Of a stretch of DNA of 64,000 bases, positions 11,560 through 24,035 are shown piece by piece. The stretch comes from Octopus vulgaris (Eukaryota), in contig OX597821.1 in the NCBI GenBank assembly GCA_951406725.2, positions 113,522,001 through 113,586,000 on the forward strand. Direction: 5' to 3'. Position 1 is the first letter of the stretch; every line of letters starts with the position of its first letter. The notes beneath the pieces are model-generated. The model had not been told where the DNA came from and made no database searches. It worked only from the letters and a program-made list of their open reading frames with translations. The translations under genes were made by a program, and so were the position numbers.

Positions 11560-12021
11560 GTAGAAGAAACCTTTTTGAAGGGTTAGATCCAGAAAGATGT
11601 GTGATGAAGTGGTGAGAGAGGATCTGTAAACATTGGGATTAACAGAGAGGATGACAAGGGACCAAAACTCCAGGCAGTTTGCTGTGCTTGAAATGACACA
11701 TCATGCTAAGTTAAAGGCTGGTTGTTGTCATATACAGGTTTGTCCCCTGCGTCCCTCTCCAGCTGAGCATTCCTAATCTTATGGGCTTGTGAGTACAGGT
11801 GCCACATAAAATGCACTGTACTGGTTCCACATAAACACACCCATGCCAGAACTGCCTAAAAGCACCTAGTACTCTCTGTGAAGTGGTTGGCATTAGGAAG
11901 AGCATCTAGTCATAGAAACCATGTCAAAACAGACATGAAACCTAGGCAGCGCTTCAGCTGACCTGCTCCTGTCAAACCATCCAACTCATGCCAACATGGA
12001 AAACAGACATTTAATGATGAT
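11560..12021 (+). mobile_element. 5'-truncated RTE-clade LINE 3' end (ORF C-terminus, 3' UTR, (GAT)n)
   Basis: Decayed R.RK..DEVVREDL.TLGLTE.MTRD....FAVLE, followed by the GGTTGGCATTAGGAAGAGCATC...GATGATG tail. Confidence 0.7.
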
Positions 12022-13807
12022 GTATAAATAGATGTATGTATATATATATAATTACAAAGAAGGAACGAACAAGCAAACTGCTATTACTTTAGAGCTGAAC
12101 TTTTATAATTCAAACATAATTGCAAAGTTGTTGGAGTAGATAAGTGATAAGAAATAATGTGTCTCTTACAGTTCCTGTGCATAGGGTGGTTGGCACTAGG
12201 AAGGGTATCCAGCTGTAGAAACCAAGCCAAAACAGACAACTGGGACCTGATACGGCCCCTGGCCATGTCAGTCCTTGTCAAGCTATCCAACCCATGCCAG
12301 CATGGAAAACAGATGTTAAATGATGATGGTGTGTAAGTCATTGAGCAAAGATTTCCTTATAAGCCAGCTATTCCTTCTTCAGAGAGGAAGAGTCGAGCAA
12401 TATCCTTTATAAAGGATGTTAGTCATTTTCAGTTCCATCATTGAAGAATCAAGGAATACCCTTGATAAATAACTATAAATATATTCTCCATAATTAAGTT
12501 CTTTAAGCAAGAGGTCAAACAACTTGCGTTAAACTGGCAATAATTCAACATAAACTAAAGTAGAAATGGATTAAGCAATGCAGATGGAAGTTCTTAGTTA
12601 TGAGTTGCTTATGATGCATCTATATTTATATATTTTGTCAAGACAAGGGGAAGACGCGCACACACCCAGGTGCTTTATACTGTGTGCTTCTTTCTCCTAG
12701 TTCTACGATGGAAAACCCTGTCTCCAATTATTTTTTTTCTATAACATCCTCCAGCTATTACACTCAATTACACCTGCTGGAAAATGCTCTCGAAATAATT
12801 CTAATTAATGTGCAAACAAGAAATCTATGGTTTTCTTTCTTCCTTTTTTTTTTTTTAATGTCTTTATGGTCATCCATTTCACTGAATAAATCAGTTACTA
12901 AGTAAAATTTGAAATATTTCACACCAAATCATGTGACAAGTCATAACACCACACCAACTTCTCAACTGTTTCACTCACCCATGTCCTCCATCCTTCTATG
13001 CTACAGGAGTAACCTCATTTGGTTCTTGTGGTACTTTCAATATTAAACTAGTGCTTTAGTGATAGATGGTAAATGTTTATATTTTTCATTCCCTTCGAAA
13101 TTTATCCCTAATAGTGGTTTGGATTTTGGCTATTCCTTCTAGCGTGCCAGGTACCCTCTGATGGTTACCTCCTATGTGTTTAAATGTACACTGTATTTAT
13201 TTATTTATATATCAGTCAGATCTGGCAGTGTTTCATCCAGCCGTAGAAACACTGCCAGATCTGACTGGGCCTGACGAAGCCTTCCAGCTTCACAGACCCC
13301 AGTTGACCCGTCCAACCCATGCTAGCATGGAAAACGGACGCTAAACGATGATGATGATGATGATGATGATATATATATATATTTATTAAGGTGGCTATTT
13401 GCAATTTAAAAACCAAAAGGCACAAGTGACAATTGTGTGTGTGTGTATATATTTGGAAAATAAGGATAAACACAGGTTTATATTATAGTTCCTACATGCA
13501 TGTAAACGCGCCCCTGTGTCACGCAAATGGTACCCATGCTGGCATTAGGAAGGGCATCCAACCATAGAAAACCATGTCAAGTCAGACTGGAGTCTGGTGC
13601 AGCCTTCCACTGTGCCAGCCCAGTCAATCCATCCAACCCATGCCAGCATGGAAAGCAGATGTTAAATGATGATGGTACACACTCACACATGTATTTACTG
13701 AGGTTTTCTATGTTTATTCTCCAACGTATCTTCGACTCTGTATCGACAACCAGTCATTTCATGGATGAGACTTTCTAATATGTATGTATTTTACCCATTA
13801 CGTTTAG

Positions 13808-14003
13808 GCTCCATTGTATCCAACTCAGATAGCAGCAACATTCCTACTGATAGCCATGCTCCTGTAAATATGAAGAGAACAGATGCCAGCTCTAATCAAG
13901 TGTCTGTAACACAAGTGCCTGACATTTCCTATTCAAGTAGTGAAGATGAAGACTTCTATGATGCTGAAGAATACCGGTATGGTTCTCCAAAGACTACCTC
14001 AGA
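13808..14003 (+). CDS. OSBPL9: OSBPL9 exon carrying the FFAT motif (YSSSEDEDFYDAEEY)
   Basis: tttag acceptor, aga|gtgagt donor. The acidic FFAT-like motif resembles vertebrate ORP9 SSSEDEFYDA. Confidence 0.9.
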
Positions 14004-14640
14004 GTGAGTATAGCTGCAACACAGACAACTTTGACACTTTACAAGATTTCATACTATGTTAAAAGTATTAACTGATGTGTCTTTGAGGCTGCACCCTAAT
14101 CTCAAATAAATTACTAAAGCCAAGTTTTGTACCACAAAGCAGTTGTTAGGGACAAATGAGCCCTCATCAATTATGTTGTTTCCTTATACTTATGTTAAAG
14201 GGTGACTTCAGTTTCAAAAGAAGTCTAGTTTTATTTTTTTTTCTTCACAAAATGGTATTGTTTTTTCATTGACATCTTCTAGCAAATTACACATCATGAA
14301 TGCATTTTGAAAATGTTTATATGTGTGTTTAATAATGTGAAGGATTAAAAGGAATAATTGGTTGAAAAGCTTCTGTGAAATGTTTATATATACACACATG
14401 TGTATGTATGGATAGCTTATGTACACACACACACACACACACACATTGTTTACTTAAACCAATTTACAGACACCTTCAATTCATTAAGTTTTCAATGGAA
14501 GGTTTGATTAATTATGTTTAAAACAGATCTTTTGGGAATATATTCTTATATTTGCATCTCAGTATTTTCTCCCTTAATAAAAAAAGAACCCAAAAAACCT
14601 AATGAACCTATAAAGAAAGTGTTAATAACTTCTGCGTTGG

Positions 14641-14971
14641 AGTAAAGATTGTTTGCCAACATAACATAGTAGTCCTAGTTTAGGATGAATGTTACTGTAA
14701 TTTTAGCCCCAGGAGACATCGTCTCCAGCTGGCTGTATGACACAATCTGTATCCTTATATTTTCGAACAAGGGAATCTAAATTCCGTAGTTCGAAAATAT
14801 AAGGACACAGATCGTGTCATATAGCCAGCTGGAGACGATTCCCTTGTTCGAAAATATAAGGACATGGATCGTGTTGTATAGCCAGCTGGAAACAATGTCT
14901 CCTGGGGCTAAATTATAGCAACATTCGTCCTAAACCAGGACTGCCATGTTATGTTGGCAAAAATCTTTACT
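14641..14971. mobile_element. Fold-back element with ~135-bp arms and an internal extra arm segment
   Basis: AGTAAAGAT..TTTGCCAACATAACAT / ATGTTATGTTGGCAAAAATCTTTACT termini; 14789-14838 is repeated at ~14847-14896. Confidence 0.85.
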
Positions 14972-17034
14972 ACAAAGTACTGTTGCTGAATATCTCTTGT
15001 GAGATTTAAAAATAGTAATTTTCTAACTTGTGTGTTGTTTGATTAACAGCTGTAGCTGTGTTGTATTTTGGTCTACTTAACAAAAAGAAAGGAAAAAAAA
15101 AACAGTGGCTGCTTTTTATTTCAAGAAGCATAATGGTATTGAAACTGCATGGAATAAGTCATTGCTTTGCCCACATGTTCTGAGTGAGTTCTCTCTCGGG
15201 GAAAAGTCCAGTGCCAACAATATCCAATTTTTACAGCTAGCAAAGGAGCCAGAAGAGAAATGATTTGCAAATAGTTTTTGCTCAGCTCCCCTCCTCCTTT
15301 GATATTGTAAAACCATCCATGGCTTCCAACATCACATTACATTTGTATTGTGTTACAGGTGTAACAGTTTTGCCAGTTTCTTTTATGCCATCTCCCTTAA
15401 TTTTCTTTAAGGTCCCAAAGGGAACATTACAGCCCCATTTGAGATACGCTTGATTTAGGTCACTCTTGGCTTGCTACAAATAGCAACCAAATCTCTCAAA
15501 TCACAATGTACTATCTAGAGGAGAAAAAAAAGGACATCAAATCAGTGGGTTTCAACTAGGTTTCATGTGACTTTTGGGGGTTCATGTTTTTTTATCTGAA
15601 AAAAATTCCTTCTTAAACTTATGTTAAAAATATTATATGTTGGTGTGTAGTGAATATTGTAGCAGTGGTTCACAAAAATAACTGGTAAATTTTCCCTTAC
15701 TTGGGGGCTTATCAATGTCATGCACTCCATTGTCATTTTATTTAACCAAATTCATGCTTTGATATATAGGAAACAGTGAATAAAACATTGACTGATATTG
15801 CAGAAAGCTTGTTGGGCTGAATGAAATTGAAACCACATTCAATCCCCATCTGCGTTTAACAAGTGACAATTCAGTGTACAGCATTAACAAGTTCCAAGTT
15901 GGGCTAAATATATCTGTTGTTCTTGCATGACACTGTTGTGATAATGTTGACCTCATTCTAATATGTGTTGTGTTTTTAGCATAACATGTCTTCAGAGATT
16001 TTCTCTTTGATAAAAGCTTACAGCATCATGTCTTTCAAAGGTGTATATCTTTAAGTATTATTCATGCATTATCTTTTGTATTTTGATTGACTGTTTGTAG
16101 TATTCTGTCTGTTTTTAGCTGTGACTTAAAATTTGTGTTCATTAAATTAATTCTTTGAAAAATGTTAGTTTAAATTCATGATTTGTATAATATTATTTAT
16201 TCATACCATTATTTAATTACTTAAACTGTGATAATTACTTGAAAAGGTAAACCATGTTGTTGCAAGAACAATATTTAAATACATTTGGTCTTATCTAAGA
16301 AATGTACCACTTTGTAAGACTGTTCCTAGTCTGTTAATTCAGGTTTAAAATTCCTGAAGAAAAAAATGGAAAATAAAAAGATAATTTCAAACAAAACGCA
16401 TTGATAATTGCTTTCATTTTTCATAATTTCAATTCAACATAACTAACTTTTAGTTCTCAAATTTTTTATCTAACTCTGTTTATCCAAGAAATAACCATCA
16501 ATTATAGAGTTCACCAATTCCAAACTCTTTGACTATTTTAAAGAAGCAACCACTACTCACCTAATAGCATTTGATTGTTTTGCTTTCGTTGTTCTTGTTT
16601 TATTTTCCACCATTCTGTTCCTATTTAAACTTTAGATCTCATACATATCTGTCCATAATTTTAGATGCTGGTATAGTATTTCTACCAATAATGCCAGTTT
16701 GTTAATTAAAACCTTTAGATTCTACTCCTTAGATATCTTTTTGAATTGTAGCTTAAGTGGTCTATTACAGTGATAGATCTCTAGATAGTTGGCAATGGTT
16801 GTTTAACAAGCAAGCATTGCCCATCTGAATCAGCTTAAATTTTCAGTGTAGATTAATTAATAAATTATAATGGATCAACTAATTTTGATTGTTCTAGTTG
16901 ATCACAGTTAAGATGCACAGACTGAATGAAATCCTCCCCATTTAAGACACAGCCCTAATTACTTTAAGTAATTAGTAATATAGCCACTGTCTTATTAATA
17001 CAATTATCCAAATTGGCTGACTGGCTTCATAATA

Positions 17035-17287
17035 TATTGGGTTTGTGCATAATTATTGCGGCTTTTTTCAACAAATTTTATTCTGCAAAACCAATAACAA
17101 CATGTTATGAAAACATCTTTAAATGATTATTCCGGAGCATATTCACCATCTACTTCAATTACTGCTTCCTATTTGCTTGGCAGACGGTCAGACCGTCATT
17201 TAAAATGTTTTTGGTAAATATTGTTATTGCATTTCTTGAATAAAATTTGTTGAAAAAATGCTGCAATAATTCTGCACCAACCCATCT
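17035..17287. mobile_element. Internally deleted mariner element/MITE
   Basis: TA + TTGGGTTTGTGCATAATTATTGCGGC TIR mirrored at the right end; minus strand LPSK*EAVIEVDGEY transposase C-terminus. Confidence 0.8.
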
Positions 17288-17942
17288 AAGTAATTTACTT
17301 AAAAATTGTTCCATTTGTCAGGTATTGATATGAATTATCTTATTTTACCTTTGTGCCATTTCTTTCTGGTTTCTGACTATACAAACTACATTGGATGTGT
17401 CATTGAATATTCCATCCCTTTGTGATGGAATATCGTTTCAGCATAACTGCTTCATTCCCTGAAAATGTCTTTAAGCCTGAAACATCTGTTTTATTCTAAA
17501 TCATTTTCATCCCATCTCTGTTTATCACAATGTTCAACATTCCAGGCTCCCTTTCTCTTTTCATTGTCCAAGTCTCATTGACGTACACTATTACGTTTTT
17601 CAGTATATAGTTGATTTCATTTACTTTAAAAGCTGCATATTGGCTATTTAATTGTGCATGTCAATCTGCAGCTTTTCAAGCCAACATTTTAGTATTGTCA
17701 GAGCAAGAATTTTCATTCTGTATCTTCCATCATTGCACATTGAAACAATGAGACAGTGTCAGAATAATTGTTTTGATGATATTAAATCATTGTCAAATTT
17801 TAAAAGAAATAGTGAAACTAGAATTATCACCATGGTGACTCTCTTCATTTTGGTCTTGATGTAGAACATCTGCAACCTCAAGAAAAACCAGTTCAATAAT
17901 TAAAAGAGTATCTCACTTTATTTTTGTCTTGATGTCTTACAG

Positions 17943-18052
17943 AAAATCTGCAACTTCAGGAGAAGCCAGTCCAATGCAAACGCCAGCTGAAGAAAGTCCT
18001 GTTGAAACGGCTCTTCCACGTGTTATCACTTCTGAAGACGATATATTTGATG
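17943..18052 (+). CDS. OSBPL9: OSBPL9 exon (KSATSGEASP...SEDDIFD)
   Basis: ttacag acceptor, atg|gtaatt donor, phase 2-1 consistent with both neighbours. Confidence 0.8.
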
Positions 18053-18712
18053 GTAATTCTTTACTCTTTGTATTCTTTTCCTTGTTTCTGTCATTGGGTT
18101 GCGGCCATGCTTGGGCACAGTTTTGAAGGGCTCAGTTGAACAAATTGGCCACAGTGCTTATTTTTTAAGTGCGGTACTTATTTTATCAATCTCTTTTGCT
18201 GAACAACTAAGTTATGGGCACATTAACAAACCAGCAGCAGTTAACAAGTAGTGGGTGGGGGACAAACTCTCACTTATATCATCATCTTTATCATCGTTTA
18301 GCATCCGTTTTCCATGCTGGCATGGGTTGGACGGTTTGACTGAGGACTGGCAAGCCAGGAGGCTGCACCAGGCTCCAATCTGATCTGGCAAGGTTTCTAC
18401 AGCCTGATGCCCTTCCTAACACCAACCACTTTGAGAGTGTAGTGGGTGCTTTTTACTGGCATGGGCCAGTTACACAGCATTGGCATCAACAACGTTTGGA
18501 TGGTGCTTTTTATGTGCCACTAGCATGAAAGCCAGTCAGAGGGCACTGGCATCAACCACATCTGGATGGTGCATTTTACATGTCCCCAGCATGGGAGCCA
18601 GTCAGGGGTATTAGCATTGACCGTGTTTGAATGGTGCTTTTTACGTGCCACTGGTTCAGTAGCCAGTCAGAGGGCACTGGCAGAAAGAGTGGTGGCGGGG
18701 GCATAAGTAGAT

Positions 18713-19110
18713 ACAGGTATGAGTTAAAAAGTTTGTTTCCCAACATCATGGTTTCCAGATTCAGTCTTACAGCATGGCACCTTAAGCAAGTGTTCGACCT
18801 CAGGCCAATCAAAGCCTTGTGGGTGAATTTGGTCAATGGAAACAAAGAAACCCACCTTGTGTGCATGCCTCATCATCTCAGCATCATGTGATAGTTGTAA
18901 ATGAGTGTCACTATTATAAGAGCACTGTCATTCATTTATTTGTTCATTTCGAGTCTTCCATTAAAACATGTTCAATTATGGAGAAATATTAGCTTGCTTG
19001 GAAAGAAAGTGAGGGTTGACAACTGTAAAGGCATCCTCCTATTGAAAATGTGCTTCAACCAATTCCTTCTGATCCAAGCAAACATGGAAAAATTGACATT
19101 AAAATGATAT
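18713..19110 (+). mobile_element. SINE family D (family A head plus RTE-like tail ending in (GAT)n); other copies ~22495-22930(-), 30160-30555(-), 45833-46215(+), 40620-41300(+, interrupted)
   Basis: Same tRNA/CORE head as family A, followed by GGAAACAGGTGAGGGTTGGCAAC.GGAAGGGCATCC...GCATGGAAAAG...GATGATGAT. Confidence 0.75.
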
Positions 19111-19799
19111 GATGATGATCATCATCATCATTTACCTACAAATAATCTCATGTCAGTGTATGTTAATTTGTAATATTTTCATTAGTGGTTTCATTAATAT
19201 TACACCATTGACGTGTTGTTAGAATTATTAGTATATCGGGGAAAATGCTTTGCAGTATTTCTTCTGAATTTACGTTCTAAGTTCAAATTCCACTGAGGTC
19301 AACTTTACCTTTCGTCCTTTCGGGGTCAATGAAATAAATACCAGTTGAGCACTGGGGTCGATGTAATTGACTTACCCTTCACCCGAAATTGGTGTCTTTG
19401 TGCCAGAGTTTGAAACTATTATTACCTCCACCTTAGTGAAGGCATTGTTTTCAGTCTCGTTTGTTTGTCTGTGGACAAGATATCTCATGAGCCACTGGAT
19501 GGATTCAGATGAAACTTCCAGGGTTGTTTGGCCATATGACTGGCATGAACTGATTAGATTTTGTGATTGATCCGGTACCAGACACGGATTCTGGATTATT
19601 TTTCCATTTTTTTTAAACTTAATTTTCTAGAGCAGTCAGGTTCATTTTTAATATTCTTGTTTGTAGGAGCAGTCGAGTTTATTTAAGATACTCTCATTTT
19701 AAAAATCATCTCTGGCTAATCGTTGAGAGGACATTAGTGTTGACTTGACTCTGAGTGCTGCTGCTGTTGTTGATGTTGTTGTTATTTATTATTATTAAG

Positions 19800-20245
19800 T
19801 AAGGCAGCAAGCTGCCTGAATTGTTAGCAAACCAGACAAAATGCTTACTGGCATTTTGTTTGTCTTTATGGTCTGGGTTCAAATTTCACTGAAGTCAACT
19901 TTACCTTTCATCATTTTGAGGTCGATAGAATAAATACCCATTGAGTACTGGGGTCGATGTCATCAACATTCCCCTCTCCAGTGAAATTGCTGGCCTTGTG
20001 CCAAAATTTGAAAAAAGTGGTGAGCTGGCAGTATTGTTAGCATGCCAGGTAAAATGCTTAGCATCATCTCCCCCAGCTTTATGTTCTGAGTTCAAACTCT
20101 GCCGAGGTCAACTTTGCCGTCCATCCTTTCAGAGGTAGATAGCCTAAGTACCAGATGAGCAGTGGGGTTGGTGTAATCAACTTCTCCTATCATCTGAAAT
20201 TGCTGGCCTTGAGCCAAAATTTGAAATCATTATTATTATTATTAT
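19800..20245 (+). mobile_element. Two tandem SINE family B copies (a further copy at ~19240-19425)
   Basis: Same central block on the + strand with an (ATT)n tail. Confidence 0.8.
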
Positions 20246-20363
20246 TTTCCAATATTGTGTAATTACCTGCTTGTGTGGAAAAAACCCAACAAATTGTGAA
20301 TTTTTTTTTAAGCTGTTAATATTTTCTACTTTTATTATTCCAACTTTTTTTTTTTTATTCCAG

Positions 20364-20393
20364 AACTTTATGATGAAGAAGATAGAGAAGAAT
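20364..20393 (+). CDS. OSBPL9: OSBPL9 30-nt acidic microexon (ELYDEEDREE)
   Basis: Long poly-T tract plus ccag acceptor, aat|gtaagt donor, phase 1-1. Confidence 0.8.
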
Positions 20394-20447
20394 GTAAGTA
20401 TCCTGCTTCAATACAGTTAAATACATTATATATATATATAATATACG

Positions 20448-20857
20448 AGGCAGGTATGGCTGTGTGATAAGTAGCTTGCTTACGAACAACATGATTCCGG
20501 ATTCAGTCCCACTGCATGGTACTTTAGGCAAGTGTTGTCTACTGTAGCCTCAGGCCAACCAAAGCCTTGTGAGTGAATTTGGCAGATGGAAACTGAAAGA
20601 AGCCCGTTGTGTATCTGTATGTGTATATATATATGTGTGTGTGTGTGTATGTTTGTGTCTGTATTCCCCCCACCACCATGGCTTGACAACTGATGCTGGT
20701 GTGTTTACGTCCCCGTAACTTAGCAGTTCGGCAAAAGAGACTGATAGAATAAGTACTAGGCTGACAAAGAATAAGTCCTGGGGTCAATTTGTTCAACTAA
20801 AAGCGGCCTCCAGCATGGCTGCAGTCGAATGACTGAAGCAAGAAAAAGAATAAAAGA
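20448..20857 (+). mobile_element. Full-length SINE family A
   Basis: Colinear with the other copies. Confidence 0.85.
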
Positions 20858-21291
20858 AGATATATATATATATATATTTAGTTATGGTATATTCTGTTAA
20901 GAGCATAGTAGAGTACAGTACAAATCTTATCCATCTTCAGATTTCACCCTGTGCTATGCAGTAGTAGTATCATACGTACTTCCAGGTTTGCATTTGGGCA
21001 TCTGTCATGTGTGAATAGATAATTAAAAAAATTGGAGTGAACAAGAATGGGTATGGTTGGACATTTATTTTTTAATCCCTACAATTGTTTCCATGCAATG
21101 TAGTTCTCCAGACATGCACGAACTTGATTATGTAACTGTTTCCTTGCATTATGAGCTCTAGTTGTGTTTCCTCAGGTGATATGTAAATATTGTCTCTGTA
21201 AGTTCAAATTCTCGGCTTCAAGAACATCCTCTTTTTCTCAATTATATATATATATATATATATATTAATTTGAAACTGACTTATTGGAAGT

Positions 21292-21334
21292 CCACCTGAA
21301 GATTGTCGATCAAGACAAGAAACAATTGTAGTGG
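21292..21334 (+). ncRNA. Minimal type I hammerhead ribozyme motif
   Basis: CCAC-CTGAAGA-TTGTC(GATCAA)GACAA-GAAAC-AATT-GTA^GTGG, with palindromic stem III ACAATTGT. Confidence 0.88.
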
Positions 21335-21506
21335 CGGTTTTTTTGACTATTTATTAAAATTTTATGTATTGATTAAGTCTTTCCTTGTTTGTTTTGCAAA
21401 ATAGTGGTTTTGTCTCTAATAATATTTTATAATATTTTACTATAAAATTGGATTTAATCCTAAATCTGATTTTTTCCCTGTAAATTTGGATTTATTCCCT
21501 AATATT

Positions 21507-21539
<33 letters not shown>

Positions 21540-21542
<3 letters not shown>

Positions 21543-21720
21543 TGTTGTGTCTGGGGAGAGTCATTTTCTTTTTGTGCCTTATAATGTAACATACTCACCG
21601 GAAAAGGTTGCTAGATGCAACGAAAATTTTAGGAAAATAAGAATAAGAAATAAGTGGAAATTTTACCAGTGAGTGTGTAAGGCACAAATAGAAAATGACT
21701 CTCCCCAGACACAACAGAAT
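21540..21720. mobile_element. Fold-back element next to (TA)n; right-arm copy at ~10258-10380
   Basis: TTCTGTTGTGTCTGGGGAGAGTCATTTTCT / AGAAAATGACTCTCCCCAGACACAACAGAA terminal inverted repeats. Confidence 0.85.
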
Positions 21721-21937
21721 ATGCTTCAACACACGAACTCATATAAAGAATTTTGCAAACCAAATCCAAAAACGAAATATATATATATATATATATTTAT
21801 TTATTTATATATATGTATATCTACTTACCTAACTTGTTTGTCCTTACTTCTACTTGTCTACCTGCTCAAGTCCAATCTCTTGAGCACTACAAAGTGTATT
21901 CTATGCAGAGAATGGTTGTCTCAAATCTATAAACTAT

Positions 21938-21968
<31 letters not shown>

Positions 21969-22316
21969 CATATATGTATATAAACAATGTACATAAATAT
22001 ACATTTTGAATGTTACGCATAAACATTTATACATGACTGCTTCTTTACCAAGTATTTATCAAGGTTATCCTTCTATTTAAACAGTGTGTATGAGTGGGGT
22101 TGGTGTAAGCACATCATGTATTTGGTGTTTATGAACTTCGTACCTTTTACCATCTTCACTATTCCCCTAACACTGCTTTTGTGAACGTTTATATATATTT
22201 TCGAATGTTTTTCATCTAAATAACAAAAGGTTTGTCTCGGAGGACTTTTCTTGGCAGTTCAACTTTCTTTCTGTTTGGCTTTTAACAAATTTCTTTTGTT
22301 CTTCTTCTTCTTCCAG

Positions 22317-22479
22317 TGGAGTCCTTGGAAAATCATGGCAGTGTCATCACTCATTTGTTATCTCAAGTACGTATTGGAATGGACTTGACTAAAGTGGTGC
22401 TGCCAACATTCATTCTAGAGAGGCGTTCTCTTCTTGAGATGTATGCTGACTTTTTTGCACATCCAGATCTATTTGTTAA
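22317..22479 (+). CDS. OSBPL9: OSBPL9 exon, start of ORD ([42 protein letters not shown])
   Basis: Closely matches the ORP9 lid region; ttccag and aa|gtaagt splice sites. Not in the ORF track. Confidence 0.96.
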
Positions 22480-23764
22480 GTAAGTAACTACATCATCATC
22501 ATCATCATCAATGTTTTAATTTCCACTTCTCCATGCTTGCATGTATCAAATGGAGTTTATTATACTAGATTTTCTATGGCTGGATGGGCTTCCTGTAGCC
22601 AACCCTCATCTGTTCCCAAACAAGTTAATATTTCCCCTGTTCCTTCAAACATTGAACAGCACATCAGCTGGCCATGTTTTCAGGGAAGACTGGAAACAAA
22701 CAACACCATTTGTATGACAGTGATATTCACCTACAACTTTCACATGGTGATAAGGAGGCACGTGCACACACTCACACACACACACACACAAGATTGCCTC
22801 TTCTAAATCCATTCACAGAGCTTTGGTTAGGCTCTTGTAGAGGACACTTGTCCAAAGTGCCATGCTGTAGGATTGAACCCAGAACCATATGGTCAGAAGC
22901 AAACTTCATAACCTCCACAGCAATGTCTGCAGATTACCTGTGCGTGTTAGAGATCCTCTTTGTTTCGAGTCTGTTGACATCATAAATATTTTATGTTTAA
23001 CGGCTTTTACAACCAGTTTTTTTACATAATGGTTTTATGAGTATGAACTTTTGTGTATTTTTAGAGTAATATTATTAACAGGATATTGTTTCCCATTGCT
23101 AATTAATGAGTCATTAAGTAAAGGTGGTTCATTGATTAGTCAGACTAATTAGTCAGAAGCAAGTAGAATAATTTGCTCAGAGTAGCAAAATGTCATGATT
23201 TAAACCCCCTCAGCCATAGCCTCTAAAGACTCTCACCATAATTTCTCTTTGTCATCATCATCATCAGCAGCAGCAACAGCAGCAGCTTTCCATGCTGGTA
23301 TGGGTTGTACATGTTGTCACAGTCTAAGCCAGTTATTTACAGTGACTGCCTTCCCAGACATTTTAGAATCATGCCTTGCTTGTATGGTCTATTTTCAGCA
23401 AGGTTCAAGGTTTCTGCTGCTGGATGCCTTTTTTTCTAATGCCAACCACTTTACAGAACATACTTGATGTATTTTACTGTGGCACCAACACTACAGAGGT
23501 GATCACATTCTCAGCAACACTAAAAGAATCCTTTCACTCCAGTGTTGTCTCCATTTGCTTGATGACCACTTTGCAGGAAAGACATTATAGCTTGTAGTCC
23601 CTGATATACAGAAAGACAGATGGTCATAGCTGGAAGGACTTTTGTCATAGTTCTGCTTATAAAATCTAGTTTATATTTCATTCTTCAAATGTTACAATTA
23701 TCAAGTGATTAAGGATTGACAAATTTGTCATAAATTTAATTGTTTATCTTTTATCTAAATATAA

Positions 23765-23858
23765 CACCTAAAATTATATTTATCACTTACCTAAAACTAT
23801 ATTTATCACTAGCTAAAGTTATTTTTATCACTTGTCTAAAGTTATATTTATCATTTGC
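23765..23858 (+). repeat. ~23-bp minisatellite (about 4 units) abutting an OSBPL9 acceptor
   Basis: CTAAA(A/G)TTATATTTATCACTT repeated. Confidence 0.8.
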
Positions 23859-23869
23859 CTTTATTTTAG

Positions 23870-24035
23870 GATTGCTGACATTGACAATCCCAAAGACCGA
23901 ATGCTACAAGTTGTAAGATGGTACATGTCTGCTTTCCATGCAGGCCGAAAGAGTGAAATAGCTAAGAAACCTTATAATCCAATTCTAGGAGAAATATTCC
24001 GGTGTCACTGGAAAATTCCTGGTGTCTCCAGCTGT
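23870..24035 (+). CDS. OSBPL9: OSBPL9 exon ([41 protein letters not shown])
   Basis: [13 protein letters not shown] motif; ttttag and tgt|gtgagt splice sites. Confidence 0.96.
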
